Below are positions 10,141 to 21,385 of a stretch of 64,000 nt of DNA, piece by piece. The stretch is taken from positions 224,001 through 288,000 of the forward strand of contig CAVQKE010000007.1 in assembly GCA_963713045.1 (NCBI GenBank), given 5' to 3'. The position numbers were made by a program, and so were the translations under genes. The DNA comes from an uncultured delta proteobacterium (GTDB lineage: Bacteria; Myxococcota; Myxococcia; Myxococcales; Myxococcaceae). How positions within the stretch are numbered: position 1 is the stretch's first letter; each line of letters opens with the position of its first letter. The notes below the pieces were generated by a model. The model was given only the letters and a program-made list of their open reading frames with translations, made no database searches and was not told the DNA's origin.

Positions 10141-10250
10141 CAGTGGCAAACTTACGGACGTACCGCGCGTCGTATTTTCGTTGTCTGCTGTACCTTGGCC
10201 GTAGCGCCCCTGTGGCGTTCCTCCGTTGGCATGTGGTGTCGTGTGCGGCC

Positions 10251-11063
10251 TTGGACCCACGCCGCTTTCGCACGGCCGCAGGGCATTACGTCGCAGGACG
10301 GCCGCCGTATCCGCCGGCCCTGATCGAGGACGTGGCGGCCTCCTGCGGCTTCACACGCGCGCACCGGCTGCTCGACCTCGGTACCGGCCCCGGGGTGGTG
10401 GCCATCGCTTTCGCTCCATACGTCGGCTCCGTGCTCGCGGTAGACCCTGAGCCAGAGATGCTCCAGATTGCGCGAGAGGCGGTGCGGGCCGCAAGCGTGG
10501 CGGTTGAGGTCCGCGAGGGAAGCTCGGAGACGCTGGTCCCATGCTGGGGCCGCTTCCGGGCGGTCACCCTCGGCCGGTCCTTCCACTGGATGGACCGCGT
10601 CCAGACGCTCCGGCGGCTGGACGGCCTTGTTGAGCCGGAGGGCGCGGTGATCCTCTTCAACGACGAACTGGCGGACGCGCCGCAAAACGCGGCGATGCGC
10701 GCCTGGTGGACAGTGATCGACCGCTATTCGGCGGACGACCCGGTGCGGGCCGAGCGCCGATCGCCCGAATGGCAGGACCACGAGACGATCCTCCGAGCTT
10801 CAGCCTTCTCTCGGATCGATCGGCTTGTCCACCTGCACGTGTGTGCCCTAACGGTAGAGGGGCTAATCCACCGGGCGCTGTCCATGTCCTCCACCTCGGC
10901 ATCCCGGCTCGGTCCACGCACCGAGGCGATGGTAGCCGACATCCAGACGGCTCTATTGCCGTTCGCCGCGACCGGCGAGATGCTCGAGCCAATGGAGTGG
11001 ACCGCGATTGTCGCCCGGCGTCCGACCTCGGAGCATTGTCGGTCAGACCTCGATCGGCGGTGA
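10251..11063 (+). CDS. class I SAM-dependent methyltransferase
   Basis: RPPYP, LLDLGTGPG, VDPEPEML and GRSFHWMD motifs; start uncertain (TTG 10251 chosen). Confidence 0.85.
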   Translation: MDPRRFRTAAGHYVAGRPPYPPALIEDVAASCGFTRAHRLLDLGTGPGVVAIAFAPYVGSVLAVDPEPEMLQIAREAVRAASVAVEVREGSSETLVPCWGRFRAVTLGRSFHWMDRVQTLRRLDGLVEPEGAVILFNDELADAPQNAAMRAWWTVIDRYSADDPVRAERRSPEWQDHETILRASAFSRIDRLVHLHVCALTVEGLIHRALSMSSTSASRLGPRTEAMVADIQTALLPFAATGEMLEPMEWTAIVARRPTSEHCRSDLDRR

Positions 11064-11131
11064 AACGCGACGCAATCCGGCAGGCACCTCAGAGGCTAGC
11101 TCAGGCTAGCTCTTCCGGGAGCGGCTACCCC

Positions 11132-11257
11132 CGTCGAACGTCACCCCAAACGTAACGCTGGGAGCTTCTCGGAGCCCACGGGACCGGTCTCGTCGGCCGA
11201 CGAGGGGTTACTGCCAAACCCCATGGGTACGTTCAAGAGCCCCAGGCGGGCTTCCCA
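11132..11257 (+). repeat. composite repeat R7 (truncated at the anticodon loop)
   Basis: CGAACGT at 11135, CAAACGT at 11147, CGCTGGGAGC, GCCAAACCCC, TACGTTCAAG, then GCTTCCCA ending at 11257. Confidence 0.85.
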
Positions 11258-11448
11258 CCTCGGTGCTGTCTTCCGCCTCACGGCCACGCACCAAGAGAAG
11301 ACAATGAGCTTGGCGAGGTAAGGGTCACGCGCCACGTGGCATCCGCACGCGGGAAGCTCACCAGCGAGAGACGGGGCTCAGCCGGAAGTCTGTGGACTAC
11401 CGGGGACTCCCAGGAGGTAACAAAAACCGGGCCCGAGGGCGGCTACCT

Positions 11449-12930
11449 TCATTTGGCAGGCAACCCAGCGACTGTCGCTTGGGGGTTCCACCAGCCGCCG
11501 CCGAGCGCCACGTAGAGCGCGACCGTGTCCTGGAGCCGCTGCGTCTTGGCTTGGATGTAGCCGAGCTCAGCCTGCTGATATTGCGCATCGGCCACCAGCA
11601 CCTGAAGGTAGTTGGCCGTCCCGGTCTGGTAGTTAATATGAATGAGCTGCAGCGCTTCCTCGGCGGCCTTGACGGCCCGGCTTTGCGCCTCGAGCGCCTC
11701 AGCGTCGTGGCCCAGGGAGCGCAGCGTGTCGGCCACCTGCTGGAACGCCGCGAGCACCGTTTGACGATAGCTCGCCGCCGCCAGGTCGCGGGCGTCGATA
11801 GCGGCTTGGTTCTGGTACCACAGGGTGCCACCGTGGAAGAGCGGCTGCGTCAACCCCGCGGCGAGGCCCCAAAGGGCACTCGCTGGAGAGAAGAGCTGCG
11901 TCGCATCGGTGCTGGCGACACCCAAGGTTCCGCTCAACGTGATGTTGGGCAACATGGCCGCTGTCGTCACGCCAATTTGCGCATTGGCGCTGTGCAGCTG
12001 CGCCTCCGCCGTCAGCACGTCCGGCCGCTGGCGCACCAGCTCCGACGGGAGCGACAGGGGCAGCTCGGCCGGCAAGGTGAAGTCCTTGAGCGTAAAGGAC
12101 GACTGCCTCCACTCGGCTGGAGTTCGGCCTACCAGGGCGGCAAGTAAATTGTCGGTCTCGTCGATTTTCTGGCGCAAGGGCGGCAGCGTGGCCTCGGCAC
12201 TGGCCACCGTGGTCTCCAGCGCCAACATGGTGGCGTCCGGGACGATGCCCGCTTCGGCCTGGGCCCGGGTGATGGACAGCTGCTCCTCCTCCAGCTCCAG
12301 CAGCTTCTCGGTGGCCAGCACCTGGTCGCGGTAACCGGCCTGGGCCAGGGCCGCATTGACGACGTTGCTCGACAGGAGGAGAAAGGTGCCGACCAAGGTG
12401 TCGCGCTGCGCCTCGGCCGACGCGGCAAGGGCCTCCACCGAACGCCGCTCGCCGCCCCAGATGTCCAGGGTGTAACTGACGCTTCCTGAGACGGTGTACA
12501 GATTAAACGTGGTGCTGGGCAGATTCTGGCCCAGCTTCCGGGGGTTGTACTGCTGCCGCGAGAGGCCGGCCTGCGCGTCCAGTTGGGGGTAGAAGACGCC
12601 GTAGCCTGCCCGCAGGTTGTCCTCACTCCTGCGCAAGCTCGCCTGCGCAGCCTCGACGGTGGGATTGTGGGCCATGGCCTCGGCCACCACGGCGTCGAGG
12701 CTCGGGCAGGACAAGACTCGCCACCAGTCGGCGGCAAGCTTCTTCTGTACCACGAGCCGTTGGGACGTCCCATCCGCTGCGACGCTCGTCGTCTCGATAG
12801 CGGTAGCAAAGTAGCCCGCGTCGGGCGAAGCATCGGGCCGCACAAAGTCCGGCCCGACGGCGCAGCCGACTCCAGCCACCAACGTCGCCACCAAAAGGAA
12901 GCGACTACTTCCTCGTCCCGACGAAGACAC
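11449..12930 (-). CDS. efflux outer membrane factor lipoprotein (NodT/TolC family)
   Basis: GCAVGPDF lipobox; LPSELVRQRPDV and LYVALGGGW motifs. Confidence 0.92.
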   Translation of the reverse strand: MSSSGRGSSRFLLVATLVAGVGCAVGPDFVRPDASPDAGYFATAIETTSVAADGTSQRLVVQKKLAADWWRVLSCPSLDAVVAEAMAHNPTVEAAQASLRRSEDNLRAGYGVFYPQLDAQAGLSRQQYNPRKLGQNLPSTTFNLYTVSGSVSYTLDIWGGERRSVEALAASAEAQRDTLVGTFLLLSSNVVNAALAQAGYRDQVLATEKLLELEEEQLSITRAQAEAGIVPDATMLALETTVASAEATLPPLRQKIDETDNLLAALVGRTPAEWRQSSFTLKDFTLPAELPLSLPSELVRQRPDVLTAEAQLHSANAQIGVTTAAMLPNITLSGTLGVASTDATQLFSPASALWGLAAGLTQPLFHGGTLWYQNQAAIDARDLAAASYRQTVLAAFQQVADTLRSLGHDAEALEAQSRAVKAAEEALQLIHINYQTGTANYLQVLVADAQYQQAELGYIQAKTQRLQDTVALYVALGGGWWNPQATVAGLPAK

Positions 12931-14041
12931 TCACGCTTTCCTTGTCACCGATGTAGACGTCGACCAACTCGCCTGGGTACACCTCAACGCCCGGGGGCGG
13001 GATGAAACGGAAGATGACGGGCAGCACGCGGACGTCGACCTTCTCGGTCCTCGCGTTCGAAAGCTGAATTTTGGGAGAGACGTACGGCTGCATCCGCACG
13101 AATTCGAGCGGTGCGCTGATGGTCGTCCCCCGGATGAAGAGCCTGCCGTGGATCTCGTCAGGCGGCGGAAGCCGTGCGATGAGAATCTCGTCGATGTAGC
13201 AGCGAACGGCGAGGTAGCCCTTGGGGGTGGCCGAGGCGGACGCTGTCGCCAGGACCAGCACCGGGGCTAAGCCTTGGGTGTAGGTGTCGTATGCCCCCTG
13301 GGGTGAGACGTAGCTTCCAACTGAGCTCAAAATCGACAGAACCATCCCGTTGAAAGGGGCACAAAGTGTGTACTTCGAGAGGAGCGCATTCGCACTGGCC
13401 GCAGCCTTCGTGAGAGCCTCGGTTTGCCGTTCTTGGTTTTGGATGTCGAATACCCAGGCGCCTGCGCGCGTCAGCTGGAGCTGACGTGTCGCCACGTCCA
13501 AGTTCGCCTTGGCCACCAAAGCCGCATTCTTGTAATTGTCGAGGGCGTCCTTACTGACCGACTTGGGGTTGAGCTGATAGGACTGCAGCTGTTTGTCGAG
13601 CTGGTCCTGCGCAGTTTTGAGATTCGCCGCAGCGAGGTCGGCCTGTGCTCTGACGACCTCGAGGGTCTCCTTCCTCGGCTGGGCTTTCAGCTCGTCCAGC
13701 ATCGTCTTGGCGGCCGAGGCCTGTGCCTTCAGCTGCTCCACCGTGGCTCGCTGGACCGAGTCCTCGATTTGGAGCAACGGCGTCCCCTCCTCGATGGCCT
13801 CGCCCTCGGCGACAAAAATTTTGGTCACCACCCCCGCCACCTCGGGGTAGACATTCGTGTTCTCGCCGTGAGCCTGGTAGCTCTCGATGATGCCTTCGGA
13901 GTAAATGCCTTTGGTGTATGGGTTCGGGGCCGGGCTAAAGACTGGCGGTTGCGGTTTGTGCGGGGCCGCGTAGATCACCGCGCTGACGATGCCGCCCACA
14001 ATTCCGAGGGCCACCAGCACGAAAATGAGCTTGTTACCCAT
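12905..14041 (-). CDS. HlyD-family membrane fusion protein
   Basis: N-terminal TM, lipoyl-like half motifs, coiled coil, EKVDVRVLPVIF. Confidence 0.88.
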   Translation of the reverse strand: MGNKLIFVLVALGIVGGIVSAVIYAAPHKPQPPVFSPAPNPYTKGIYSEGIIESYQAHGENTNVYPEVAGVVTKIFVAEGEAIEEGTPLLQIEDSVQRATVEQLKAQASAAKTMLDELKAQPRKETLEVVRAQADLAAANLKTAQDQLDKQLQSYQLNPKSVSKDALDNYKNAALVAKANLDVATRQLQLTRAGAWVFDIQNQERQTEALTKAAASANALLSKYTLCAPFNGMVLSILSSVGSYVSPQGAYDTYTQGLAPVLVLATASASATPKGYLAVRCYIDEILIARLPPPDEIHGRLFIRGTTISAPLEFVRMQPYVSPKIQLSNARTEKVDVRVLPVIFRFIPPPGVEVYPGELVDVYIGDKESVSVFVGTRK

Positions 14042-14747
14042 GGGCGACCCCCTTCACAATTCCGCGCGCCTGACTTCCAATAATCCGCCCATCCTCCATC
14101 TCTAGAATGCGGTCGGCGTATTCGTAAATGCGGTCGTCGTGTGTGACGATGAGGATGCAACGCTTGTCGGTGAGCACCTCCGTCCGCACAAATTCCACGA
14201 TTTTCCGACCAGTATCTCCATCGAGCGAAGCGGTGGGCTCATCAAGAATGAGAATGTCCGGCGCACTGACGATGGCCCGCGCAATGGCCACCCGTTGCTG
14301 CTCGCCGCCACTCAACTTGGACGGCGGCAGCTTGGCTCGATTGGCGAGGCCCACGACCTCCAGGTACTTGAGGCCCTCTCTCAGCGATGCATCCCAGTTC
14401 TGGCCCTTGAGGATGAGCGGGATGGCGACGTTTTCCACCGTCGTCAACTTGTTAAACAAATGGTAGTCCTGGAATACGAAACCGACGGTATTTAGCCGAA
14501 AGTCGGCGATGCGGTCTTCGTCGAGGTTCCAGATGTTGACACCCTTGACCAGCACCGTCCCCGCGCTCGGCCGGAGAATGCCCGACAGCATGCTGAGCAG
14601 CGTGGTCTTGCCACTTCCGGACGGCCCGACGATATACAGCATCTCGTGCCAGCCGACCTCGAATGACACGTCCTTCACGGCCTGGGTGCGCGTCTCGCCG
14701 GTCCCGAACCACTTGCTGACTCCTTCGGCTTTGATCGCAACGGCCAT
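14034..14747 (-). CDS. ABC transporter ATP-binding protein (LolD/DevA-like)
   Basis: Walker A GPSGSGKT, signature LSGGEQQR, Walker B ILDEPT. Confidence 0.95.
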   Translation of the reverse strand: MAVAIKAEGVSKWFGTGETRTQAVKDVSFEVGWHEMLYIVGPSGSGKTTLLSMLSGILRPSAGTVLVKGVNIWNLDEDRIADFRLNTVGFVFQDYHLFNKLTTVENVAIPLILKGQNWDASLREGLKYLEVVGLANRAKLPPSKLSGGEQQRVAIARAIVSAPDILILDEPTASLDGDTGRKIVEFVRTEVLTDKRCILIVTHDDRIYEYADRILEMEDGRIIGSQARGIVKGVAHG

Positions 14748-14749
14748 AT

Positions 14750-15886
14750 TCACGCTCGAAAGATGTCGAACGGCTCGATACGCAAAACGCGTCGGACAGC
14801 GAAGTAGCTGGAGAGACTGGCGATGACCAGCACCATCCCCAAAGCGAGCCACAGGTTGGTGAAGGTGATGACGGACGCGTAGTCCTTGAGCCTCAGCTTG
14901 GCCAGCGCGATGAGGCAGGCGCACAGACCCACGCCGAGCCCGTATCCGCAGAGCGCCGTGGTCCCGGCCTGAAAGAGAATCATGTAAACTAGCTCGCGAC
15001 CCTTAGCCCCGATGGCTTTGAGGGCCCCGAACCGCTCCAGATTTTCGAGCACAAAGGTGTAAAAGGTCTGTCCGGAAATGGAGAGACCCACCACGAAGCT
15101 GATGGCTGTCATGATGAGCAGGTTGATCCCCATTCCAGTTCCGTACATGTACCAATTGGTAATCTTGGAGATGAATTCACCTTCCGTGAGCACCTGGTAG
15201 CCGAGCTTGGCAACTTCAGCCTTTATGCCTGGAATGAACTCCGGGCTCGCCGGCTCCACCAAGATGTAGGAGATGGTGTAGCGCATCGACGGGATGTACT
15301 GAACGGCACGGTTGAAAGTCGTATAGAGCGTCGGGATTCCGAACAGACCGCTCGCCGGGACCGTCGCAATGCCGACAATCACGCCCCGATTGTCATTGAT
15401 TTCGAATTCATCGCCGAGCTTTGGATTCTTTAGCTTGGGGAATTCTTCATCCTTGACGACGATGAAGCCGTTTTCGGTGTAGATGTTCGAGATTTCTCCT
15501 TCCACGAGCGCCGGACGCCCGAAAAGGCTGGTGTCGTCCAAGCCCAGGACCGTCACTGCTTGGTAGGTGCCGTCCTTGAGTTTCACCAGGCCCGCCCCGG
15601 AATAGAACGGCACGGCGTACTTCACGCCGTGGATGCTGCGGACGGCGTCGAGGACGTAGTTTGGCATCGGAATGCTCGACGCCACATTGGTGACGGCCGG
15701 GTCAAGGACCCAGACTTTCGCCCCGGTATTCGTCACCGTCGCCGAGGCCTTCTTCATCATCCCGGCGAACATCGACGTCACCTGAATCATCAGGAAGACG
15801 GAAAACGTGATGCCCAGCAGTAGGGCAATGAATTTGCCCCGGTCATTGACGAGCAGCTTGTAGCCGATGCGAAGGATGCCCGTCAT
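14750..15886 (-). CDS. ABC transporter permease (FtsX/MacB/DevC-like)
   Basis: One N-terminal TM, periplasmic domain, FGALKAIGA, three C-terminal TMs. Confidence 0.9.
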   Translation of the reverse strand: MTGILRIGYKLLVNDRGKFIALLLGITFSVFLMIQVTSMFAGMMKKASATVTNTGAKVWVLDPAVTNVASSIPMPNYVLDAVRSIHGVKYAVPFYSGAGLVKLKDGTYQAVTVLGLDDTSLFGRPALVEGEISNIYTENGFIVVKDEEFPKLKNPKLGDEFEINDNRGVIVGIATVPASGLFGIPTLYTTFNRAVQYIPSMRYTISYILVEPASPEFIPGIKAEVAKLGYQVLTEGEFISKITNWYMYGTGMGINLLIMTAISFVVGLSISGQTFYTFVLENLERFGALKAIGAKGRELVYMILFQAGTTALCGYGLGVGLCACLIALAKLRLKDYASVITFTNLWLALGMVLVIASLSSYFAVRRVLRIEPFDIFRA

Positions 15887-16227
15887 TGCGGAGACTGGTG
15901 TTGCAGCAGCCATGCCGAAAAACATCGGTTGGTGCGCAGTCCCACCGGCCATTTGTCGCAGCGCATGTGAAGCCCGCCGCAGCTCTTGCGACGGGAGCAG
16001 CCCCTCCCGCATTTTTTGCGTGGCGCTCACGAGTTACAATGCGAGCACCGACAGCCGGTAAACAGCCGGGGACTGCGCCTTTCAACAGCAACTTCATCGG
16101 CCGCCGCAACTGTAGCGGTCTGCATCACCGCTGGACCTAATGCACGTTTTATGCACAGCGAAGCGCCCGCATGTTGCCGACTTCGCTCATCGACCACGAA
16201 GCCCGCTCAAGATGTACAGGGCGTACA

Positions 16228-17712
16228 ATGCTTGTGTCTCTTCTTCATCGAGGGACCGACGACTCTGCGCATTCTTGGCTATGGCTCATGCTGGGCGTCG
16301 CGCTGCTCGATGCATCCCAGGTGCGTGCGAGCGTCGGGCTGCTTGCGTGGCTCGCGCCAGTGCCTTGGCTGCGCTACTTACGGCTCACCGCCGGCTGGCC
16401 CTCGCGACTGGCCTTCGCCGGGGCCCTTTTCGTTGCTTGGACGCTCGCAACAGCAAAAATTGCGAGTGAGCCGATGTTCCTGGCGCTGGCGCCAGTCTTT
16501 GCTCTTCCCATTGCAATTTCTCAAGGTGGTGCGTATTTCACCTGGAACCTGGTGCGCAAACGCGTGTCGCCCGCAATTGCGAGCGGGGTGTTTGCAACCG
16601 CCGCCGCAGTTGGCGAATGGGCTATTTTTTCGCTTACGCCATTCGGGTCGTGGGGCGCGACCGCATACACCCAACTCGACAATTTGCCGCTGCTACAGAC
16701 TGCGTCCGTTTTCGGCATCGCGGGCATAGGTGCTTTGGCAAGCTTCGTAGCCGCTTCGATCGAAAGCATTCCTTTCGCAAGCGGGCGTCGGTGGCGCTTA
16801 GTGGCGACCGCCGGAGCACTGGTTGTGATTGCTTACGCGTGGGGAACGGCCCGTCTGGCCCTTGCCGACGTGGCCGAGCCAGAGACGATTGCTGTTGCTG
16901 CGATCACAACGGACTCGGATGTACGCGGGCTACCGCTCCCGTCACGCGAAGCAACGCATTCCTGGGATCGAATGCTCTTGGACCGAACGCGGCAGGCAGC
17001 GCAGGGGGGCGCCGTCTTGGCGGTGTGGCCCGAGGCGGCGACCCTGGTATGGCCCGACGAAGAGACGACCTGGCTCGAGCAAGTGCAAACCGTCGCGCGA
17101 GCAGACCGGATCGACATCGTTACGGCGTACGTGGTGCCTACTGAGGCGACGCCCTTCGCTTACCGAAATGAGCTCCGTTTCGTATCTCATGACGGCACCT
17201 TGGGACCGGTCTATGCGAAACACCATCCGGTGCCCGGCGAGCCGGCCATCAAAGGGAACGGTCCTGTACCCATTGTGGACCTCGATTGGGGTCGGTTATC
17301 AGGCGCCATCTGCTACGACTATGACTTTCCCGCAATGGGCCGCAGCCGCGCGGTCGTCGACTTCGTTGCGGTGCCGGCCTCGGACTGGCGGGGCATCGAT
17401 CCCGTCCATGCGCAGATGGCTGCCGTGCGTGGCGTCGAGTCCGGACACTCGGTTCTGCGCGCCACCAGATGGGGACTCTCGCTTGCGACTGATCCGTATG
17501 GGCGGATTCGGGCGTGGCACAGCGCGTTTGAGCGTAGCAAGTCCGGAATTATGTATGCCGAGCTGCCACGCGAGCACATTCGGACACTTTACGCGCTGTG
17601 GGGCGATTTTCCTTTGGCGGTGTTGTCCGTGCTCGTCGTGGCTCTAGTCGCCACGAACCTCTTGCGGAAGCAGGCCTCTATCAACGTAGCCACTCCCCGT
17701 ACGGAACGGTGA
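16228..17712 (+). CDS. membrane nitrilase-family protein (apolipoprotein N-acyltransferase-like)
   Basis: N-terminal TMs; catalytic E-K-C motifs VWPEAA, YAKHHPVP, AICYDYDF; start uncertain. Confidence 0.85.
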   Translation: MLVSLLHRGTDDSAHSWLWLMLGVALLDASQVRASVGLLAWLAPVPWLRYLRLTAGWPSRLAFAGALFVAWTLATAKIASEPMFLALAPVFALPIAISQGGAYFTWNLVRKRVSPAIASGVFATAAAVGEWAIFSLTPFGSWGATAYTQLDNLPLLQTASVFGIAGIGALASFVAASIESIPFASGRRWRLVATAGALVVIAYAWGTARLALADVAEPETIAVAAITTDSDVRGLPLPSREATHSWDRMLLDRTRQAAQGGAVLAVWPEAATLVWPDEETTWLEQVQTVARADRIDIVTAYVVPTEATPFAYRNELRFVSHDGTLGPVYAKHHPVPGEPAIKGNGPVPIVDLDWGRLSGAICYDYDFPAMGRSRAVVDFVAVPASDWRGIDPVHAQMAAVRGVESGHSVLRATRWGLSLATDPYGRIRAWHSAFERSKSGIMYAELPREHIRTLYALWGDFPLAVLSVLVVALVATNLLRKQASINVATPRTER

Positions 17713-17798
17713 TCCGACCCATCGCGCAGGCGCGCCGGCGACAGACGAGGCTTTGCGATCCAGGAGGTTTCCAAAAAAACGGACCATCGGGCCGAGCG

Positions 17799-18248
17799 TC
17801 AGCCGTCTGTGAGGTCTGTGCTCTGTCCGACCTCGATAATATAGCCGTCAGGATCGCGGATGTAGCAGCGAATCTCGCCGTACTTGGGAATCGGCTCCGT
17901 GATAAACTCGGCCCCTCGACTCTTCCATAGTTCATAGCATGCTTGAATATCCGCAACGCGGATATTCATAAAGCTGCTAATTTTATCCGGGTCGGCGAGG
18001 ACGCTGAGCGTTACCGTCGGCTTGTCCGGGGTGGGCCCGCCCCCGACGTTGACAATGAGCCACGTATTGGCGATCCGAATGTGCCCAGACGCGCCCTTGC
18101 TGTCGCCCAGGCTCAGAATGCGACCGCCAAAGATTTTTTCGTAGTAGCGAGCCGATCGCTCGATGTCGGCGACTGTGAGAAAATACGTGACGGTGAAACC
18201 CTCCCGCGGGGGCATCTCATAGCTCTTCTGTTCGACTTGTACGCTCAT
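17799..18248 (-). CDS. VOC/glyoxalase family protein (copy 2)
   Basis: Differs from 3001-3450 at 11 of 149 residues. Confidence 0.9.
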   Translation of the reverse strand: MSVQVEQKSYEMPPREGFTVTYFLTVADIERSARYYEKIFGGRILSLGDSKGASGHIRIANTWLIVNVGGGPTPDKPTVTLSVLADPDKISSFMNIRVADIQACYELWKSRGAEFITEPIPKYGEIRCYIRDPDGYIIEVGQSTDLTDG

Positions 18249-18265
18249 TGACGACTCCCATTCCG

Positions 18266-18460
18266 AGGTAGTCCTGCTCTAGGTGGGCGTAGCGCTCAGA
18301 CGCGATGCGTGGGTCTGCGTGGCGGAGCACCCTCTGCACCAGCCATAGGCACACCCCGCCCGCCCGAGGTGGTGCGACGCAGCAGTGTCACGAAGGTCCT
18401 TCCAAGTGAGCGGCCGCACTATGGGCTCCGTCCAAACCCTTCGCGGGGATGTCTGGGCCA
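18266..18460 (-). pseudogene. tyrosine recombinase/integrase C-terminal remnant
   Basis: Minus strand reads RPLTWKDLRDTAASHHL, then after a frameshift GVCLWLVQRVLRHADPRIASERYAHLEQDYL, matching box II (HxLRH...LxH...Y). Confidence 0.75.
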
Positions 18461-18646
18461 CGCCGGTGATCTCGGGCGCGATTCGCTGGAGTCGGCGAGG
18501 TCAGACCACACGCCGAAAAGATCAAACGGGCGGGCACCCAAGGTGTGGAAGCCAGCGGTCACGGAATCGCGAAGGGGTCAAGAGGAGGTGCGCCAATCAG
18601 CTCCGCCAGCCGCTCTGCTAAAGCGGAGGACGCTCTGGCGGCGGCA

Positions 18647-21346
18647 TTATGCAGCACTACTCTTGAAGGCCACCTCTTTACCGCCTTCCAAGTACTGGGC
18701 TTCGTCGAGGCGACCGAAGATTTGGATGAGGGTCGCGACGAGGCCAGTCCAGCCGGTCTGGTGACTGGCGCCGATACCTGCCCCCGTGTCCCCGTGGAAG
18801 TATTCGTAGAAGAGCACCAAGTCCCGCCAGTGGGGGTCGGTTCGGTACTCCTGTGCCGCTGCGTGTACTGGTCGTCGACCCTGCGCATCGCGCAAAAAGA
18901 TGCTGGTAAGTCGCGTCGCGATTTCCTTGGCCACTTGGAATAGGTTCATGAGTCGCCCCGATCCCGTTGGGCACTCGATTTTAAAAGAGTCTCCATAGTA
19001 GAGGTAATAGTTAAGCAGAGCACGGATGAGCAGCACATTTACCGGCATCCAAATCGGTCCACGCCAGTTCGAGTTACCACCGAACATCCCGCTGTCGGAG
19101 TCACCGGGCACGTAGCCCACTCGGTACTCCTGGCCTGATACGTTGAGGATGTATGGGTGCTGTGCATGGTAGCGGGATAGTGCGCGGATACCATAGGCAC
19201 TAAGGAATTCGCCCTCGTCCAGCATGCGGCTCAGAATGCGACGGAGTCGCTCCTGGTTGACTATTGCCATCATGCCCCGCTCACCGTGGCCGAGGTACCC
19301 TTCTCCCCACGCGTGCATGTTTCGAAAAATATCCGGTTGGCGGCGCGCTCGCTCTAACATGTGAGCCATGAGGTTTGGAACTCTCTCTCGCTGCCACGGC
19401 TCCACCACAGTTGTGGCGCACAGGGGAAGGAGTCCGACCATCGACCGAACTTTCAGCCGTTCCGCGCTTCCATCGGGCCTTCGCAGGACGTCGTAATAAA
19501 AGCCATCCTCCTCGTCCCACATGCCCTGAGGACCCTCTCGGTTCATGGCCCGCGTGATGAGGAGGAAGTGGTCGACAAACCTCACTGCTAGGTCTTCGAA
19601 GGTGGGGTCGTGAGCGGCGACCTCGACGCCTATCTCGAGCATGTTCTGGCAGAAGAGCGACATCCACGCGGTGCCGTCTGCCTGCTCAAGATGGCCGCCG
19701 GTAGGAAGCGGGGACGAACGGTCGAAAACGCCGATGTTGTCGAGCCCCAGAAATCCACCCTCGAAGACGTTTTTTCCGAAGCGGTCCTTGCGGTTCACCC
19801 ACCAGGTGAAGTTTGAAAGGAGTTTGCCGAAGGCGCGCTTCAGGAAGTCGATGTCGCCCACGCCCTGGAGCGCCTGTTCCATTCGGTAAATAAAAAGGGT
19901 GGCCCACGGATGCACCGGTGGGTTCACGTCACTAAAGTTCCACTCATAGGCTGGAATTTGGCCACTCGGATTCAGGTACGTCGGACCCAGCAGCAGGTCC
20001 AGCTGCTGCTTGGCGAAGTCCACATCCACTCCAGAGAAGACGATGGAGTGGAAGGCAAGGTCCCAGGCCGCGTACCAGGGGTATTCCCACTTGTCCGGCA
20101 TCGACACCACATGGTCGTTCACCATATGGGCCCATTCCTGGTTGCGAACTGAGCTCCCCTCGGAGAACGGGCCGATGCCGTGCTCCTCGAGCCACTTCTG
20201 GACGTCGAGGCCGTAATACTGCTTGCTCCAAAGCATTCCAGCCAGAGCCTGCCGCATGACCCGGGCGGTGTCCTCGGTGGCCCCTTTGGGCGTAATAGAA
20301 ATGTAGAAGTCGTCGGCCTCTTTTGAGCGGGCCGTCAACGTCGCCTCAAAGTCGCCGAAGGGCTGTAAGAGGGCCGCGAGAGGTCGGTCCGTGAGACGCA
20401 ACCGAACTGTGGCCGTTTGCCCAGGACCGATTGTGAGCTGATGATGCGCTGCTGCTTTGGTGCCAATGCCAGCCGGGTTCACGGCGTCGCGTCGGGCATG
20501 TACGACAAATTCGTTAAAGGCGTCCTTCACGAAAGGGCTAGCGTTCGCCGAGGCGAAGAGGCGCGCATTGTTTGTCTCATTTTCGGTGAACAGCAGCGGC
20601 GTCTTGCCCTCGACGTAGAGCCAACGCTGTCCGAGCGTTGCGTGTTGCGCGCCGATAATACTAAGGGCGCCAGGGCCGCTTGATTGCCGGAGCGAAGGCT
20701 TCTCGGCGGCGTCACCCCAGCTCCAGGTATTGCGGAACCAAAGCGTCGGCAACACGTGGATGGAGGCGGCCTCCCTTCCTCGGTTTGCCACGCTGATGCG
20801 GATGAAGAGGTCCTCGGGGGCGGCCTTAGCGTACTCCACGAAAACGTCGAAGTAGCGGTCCTCCGCGAAGATGCCCGTGTCCAGTAACTCGTACTCCGCC
20901 TCTTGGCGAGAGCGGCGCCGGCTGGTCTCGATGAGTTGGTGGTAGGGGTACGCTCGGTGAGGGTACTTGTAGAGGTACTTCATGTACGAGTGGGTCGGCG
21001 TGCTGTCGAGGTAGAAGTAGCACTCCTTGACGTCCTCCCCGTGATTTGCCTCGCTGTTGGTGAGTCCAAAGGCCCTTTCCTTGAGGATTGGATTTGCACC
21101 ATTCCAGAGAGCGAGGGCGAAGCAGAGGTGTTGCTTGTCGTCGGAAATTCCCGCGAGGCCGTCCTCTCCCCAGTGGTACGCGCGAGAGCGCGCCTGGTCA
21201 TGTGGGAAGTAATCCCAGGCGTTCCCGTCTGCGCTGTAGTCCTCTCGGACGGTGCCCCATTGGCGCTCGGAGAGGTACGGACCCCAGCGCCTCCAAGGAA
21301 CACCCTTCCTAGCTTCTTCAAGCCTCAACTCCTCAAGCGTTGTCAT
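18647..21346 (-). CDS. MGH1-like glycoside hydrolase (GH63 glucosidase)
   Basis: [57 protein letters not shown]. Confidence 0.92.
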   Translation of the reverse strand: MTTLEELRLEEARKGVPWRRWGPYLSERQWGTVREDYSADGNAWDYFPHDQARSRAYHWGEDGLAGISDDKQHLCFALALWNGANPILKERAFGLTNSEANHGEDVKECYFYLDSTPTHSYMKYLYKYPHRAYPYHQLIETSRRRSRQEAEYELLDTGIFAEDRYFDVFVEYAKAAPEDLFIRISVANRGREAASIHVLPTLWFRNTWSWGDAAEKPSLRQSSGPGALSIIGAQHATLGQRWLYVEGKTPLLFTENETNNARLFASANASPFVKDAFNEFVVHARRDAVNPAGIGTKAAAHHQLTIGPGQTATVRLRLTDRPLAALLQPFGDFEATLTARSKEADDFYISITPKGATEDTARVMRQALAGMLWSKQYYGLDVQKWLEEHGIGPFSEGSSVRNQEWAHMVNDHVVSMPDKWEYPWYAAWDLAFHSIVFSGVDVDFAKQQLDLLLGPTYLNPSGQIPAYEWNFSDVNPPVHPWATLFIYRMEQALQGVGDIDFLKRAFGKLLSNFTWWVNRKDRFGKNVFEGGFLGLDNIGVFDRSSPLPTGGHLEQADGTAWMSLFCQNMLEIGVEVAAHDPTFEDLAVRFVDHFLLITRAMNREGPQGMWDEEDGFYYDVLRRPDGSAERLKVRSMVGLLPLCATTVVEPWQRERVPNLMAHMLERARRQPDIFRNMHAWGEGYLGHGERGMMAIVNQERLRRILSRMLDEGEFLSAYGIRALSRYHAQHPYILNVSGQEYRVGYVPGDSDSGMFGGNSNWRGPIWMPVNVLLIRALLNYYLYYGDSFKIECPTGSGRLMNLFQVAKEIATRLTSIFLRDAQGRRPVHAAAQEYRTDPHWRDLVLFYEYFHGDTGAGIGASHQTGWTGLVATLIQIFGRLDEAQYLEGGKEVAFKSSAA

Positions 21347-21385
21347 ACGTTCTCCCGTCAACGGTTGTTCTCGGTCGTGGGGTTT

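Noticed and set aside
2625..11257. CRISPR array
   Set aside because: Repeats are ~160 bp, degenerate and separated by kilobase gene-containing intervals; no cas genes seen.
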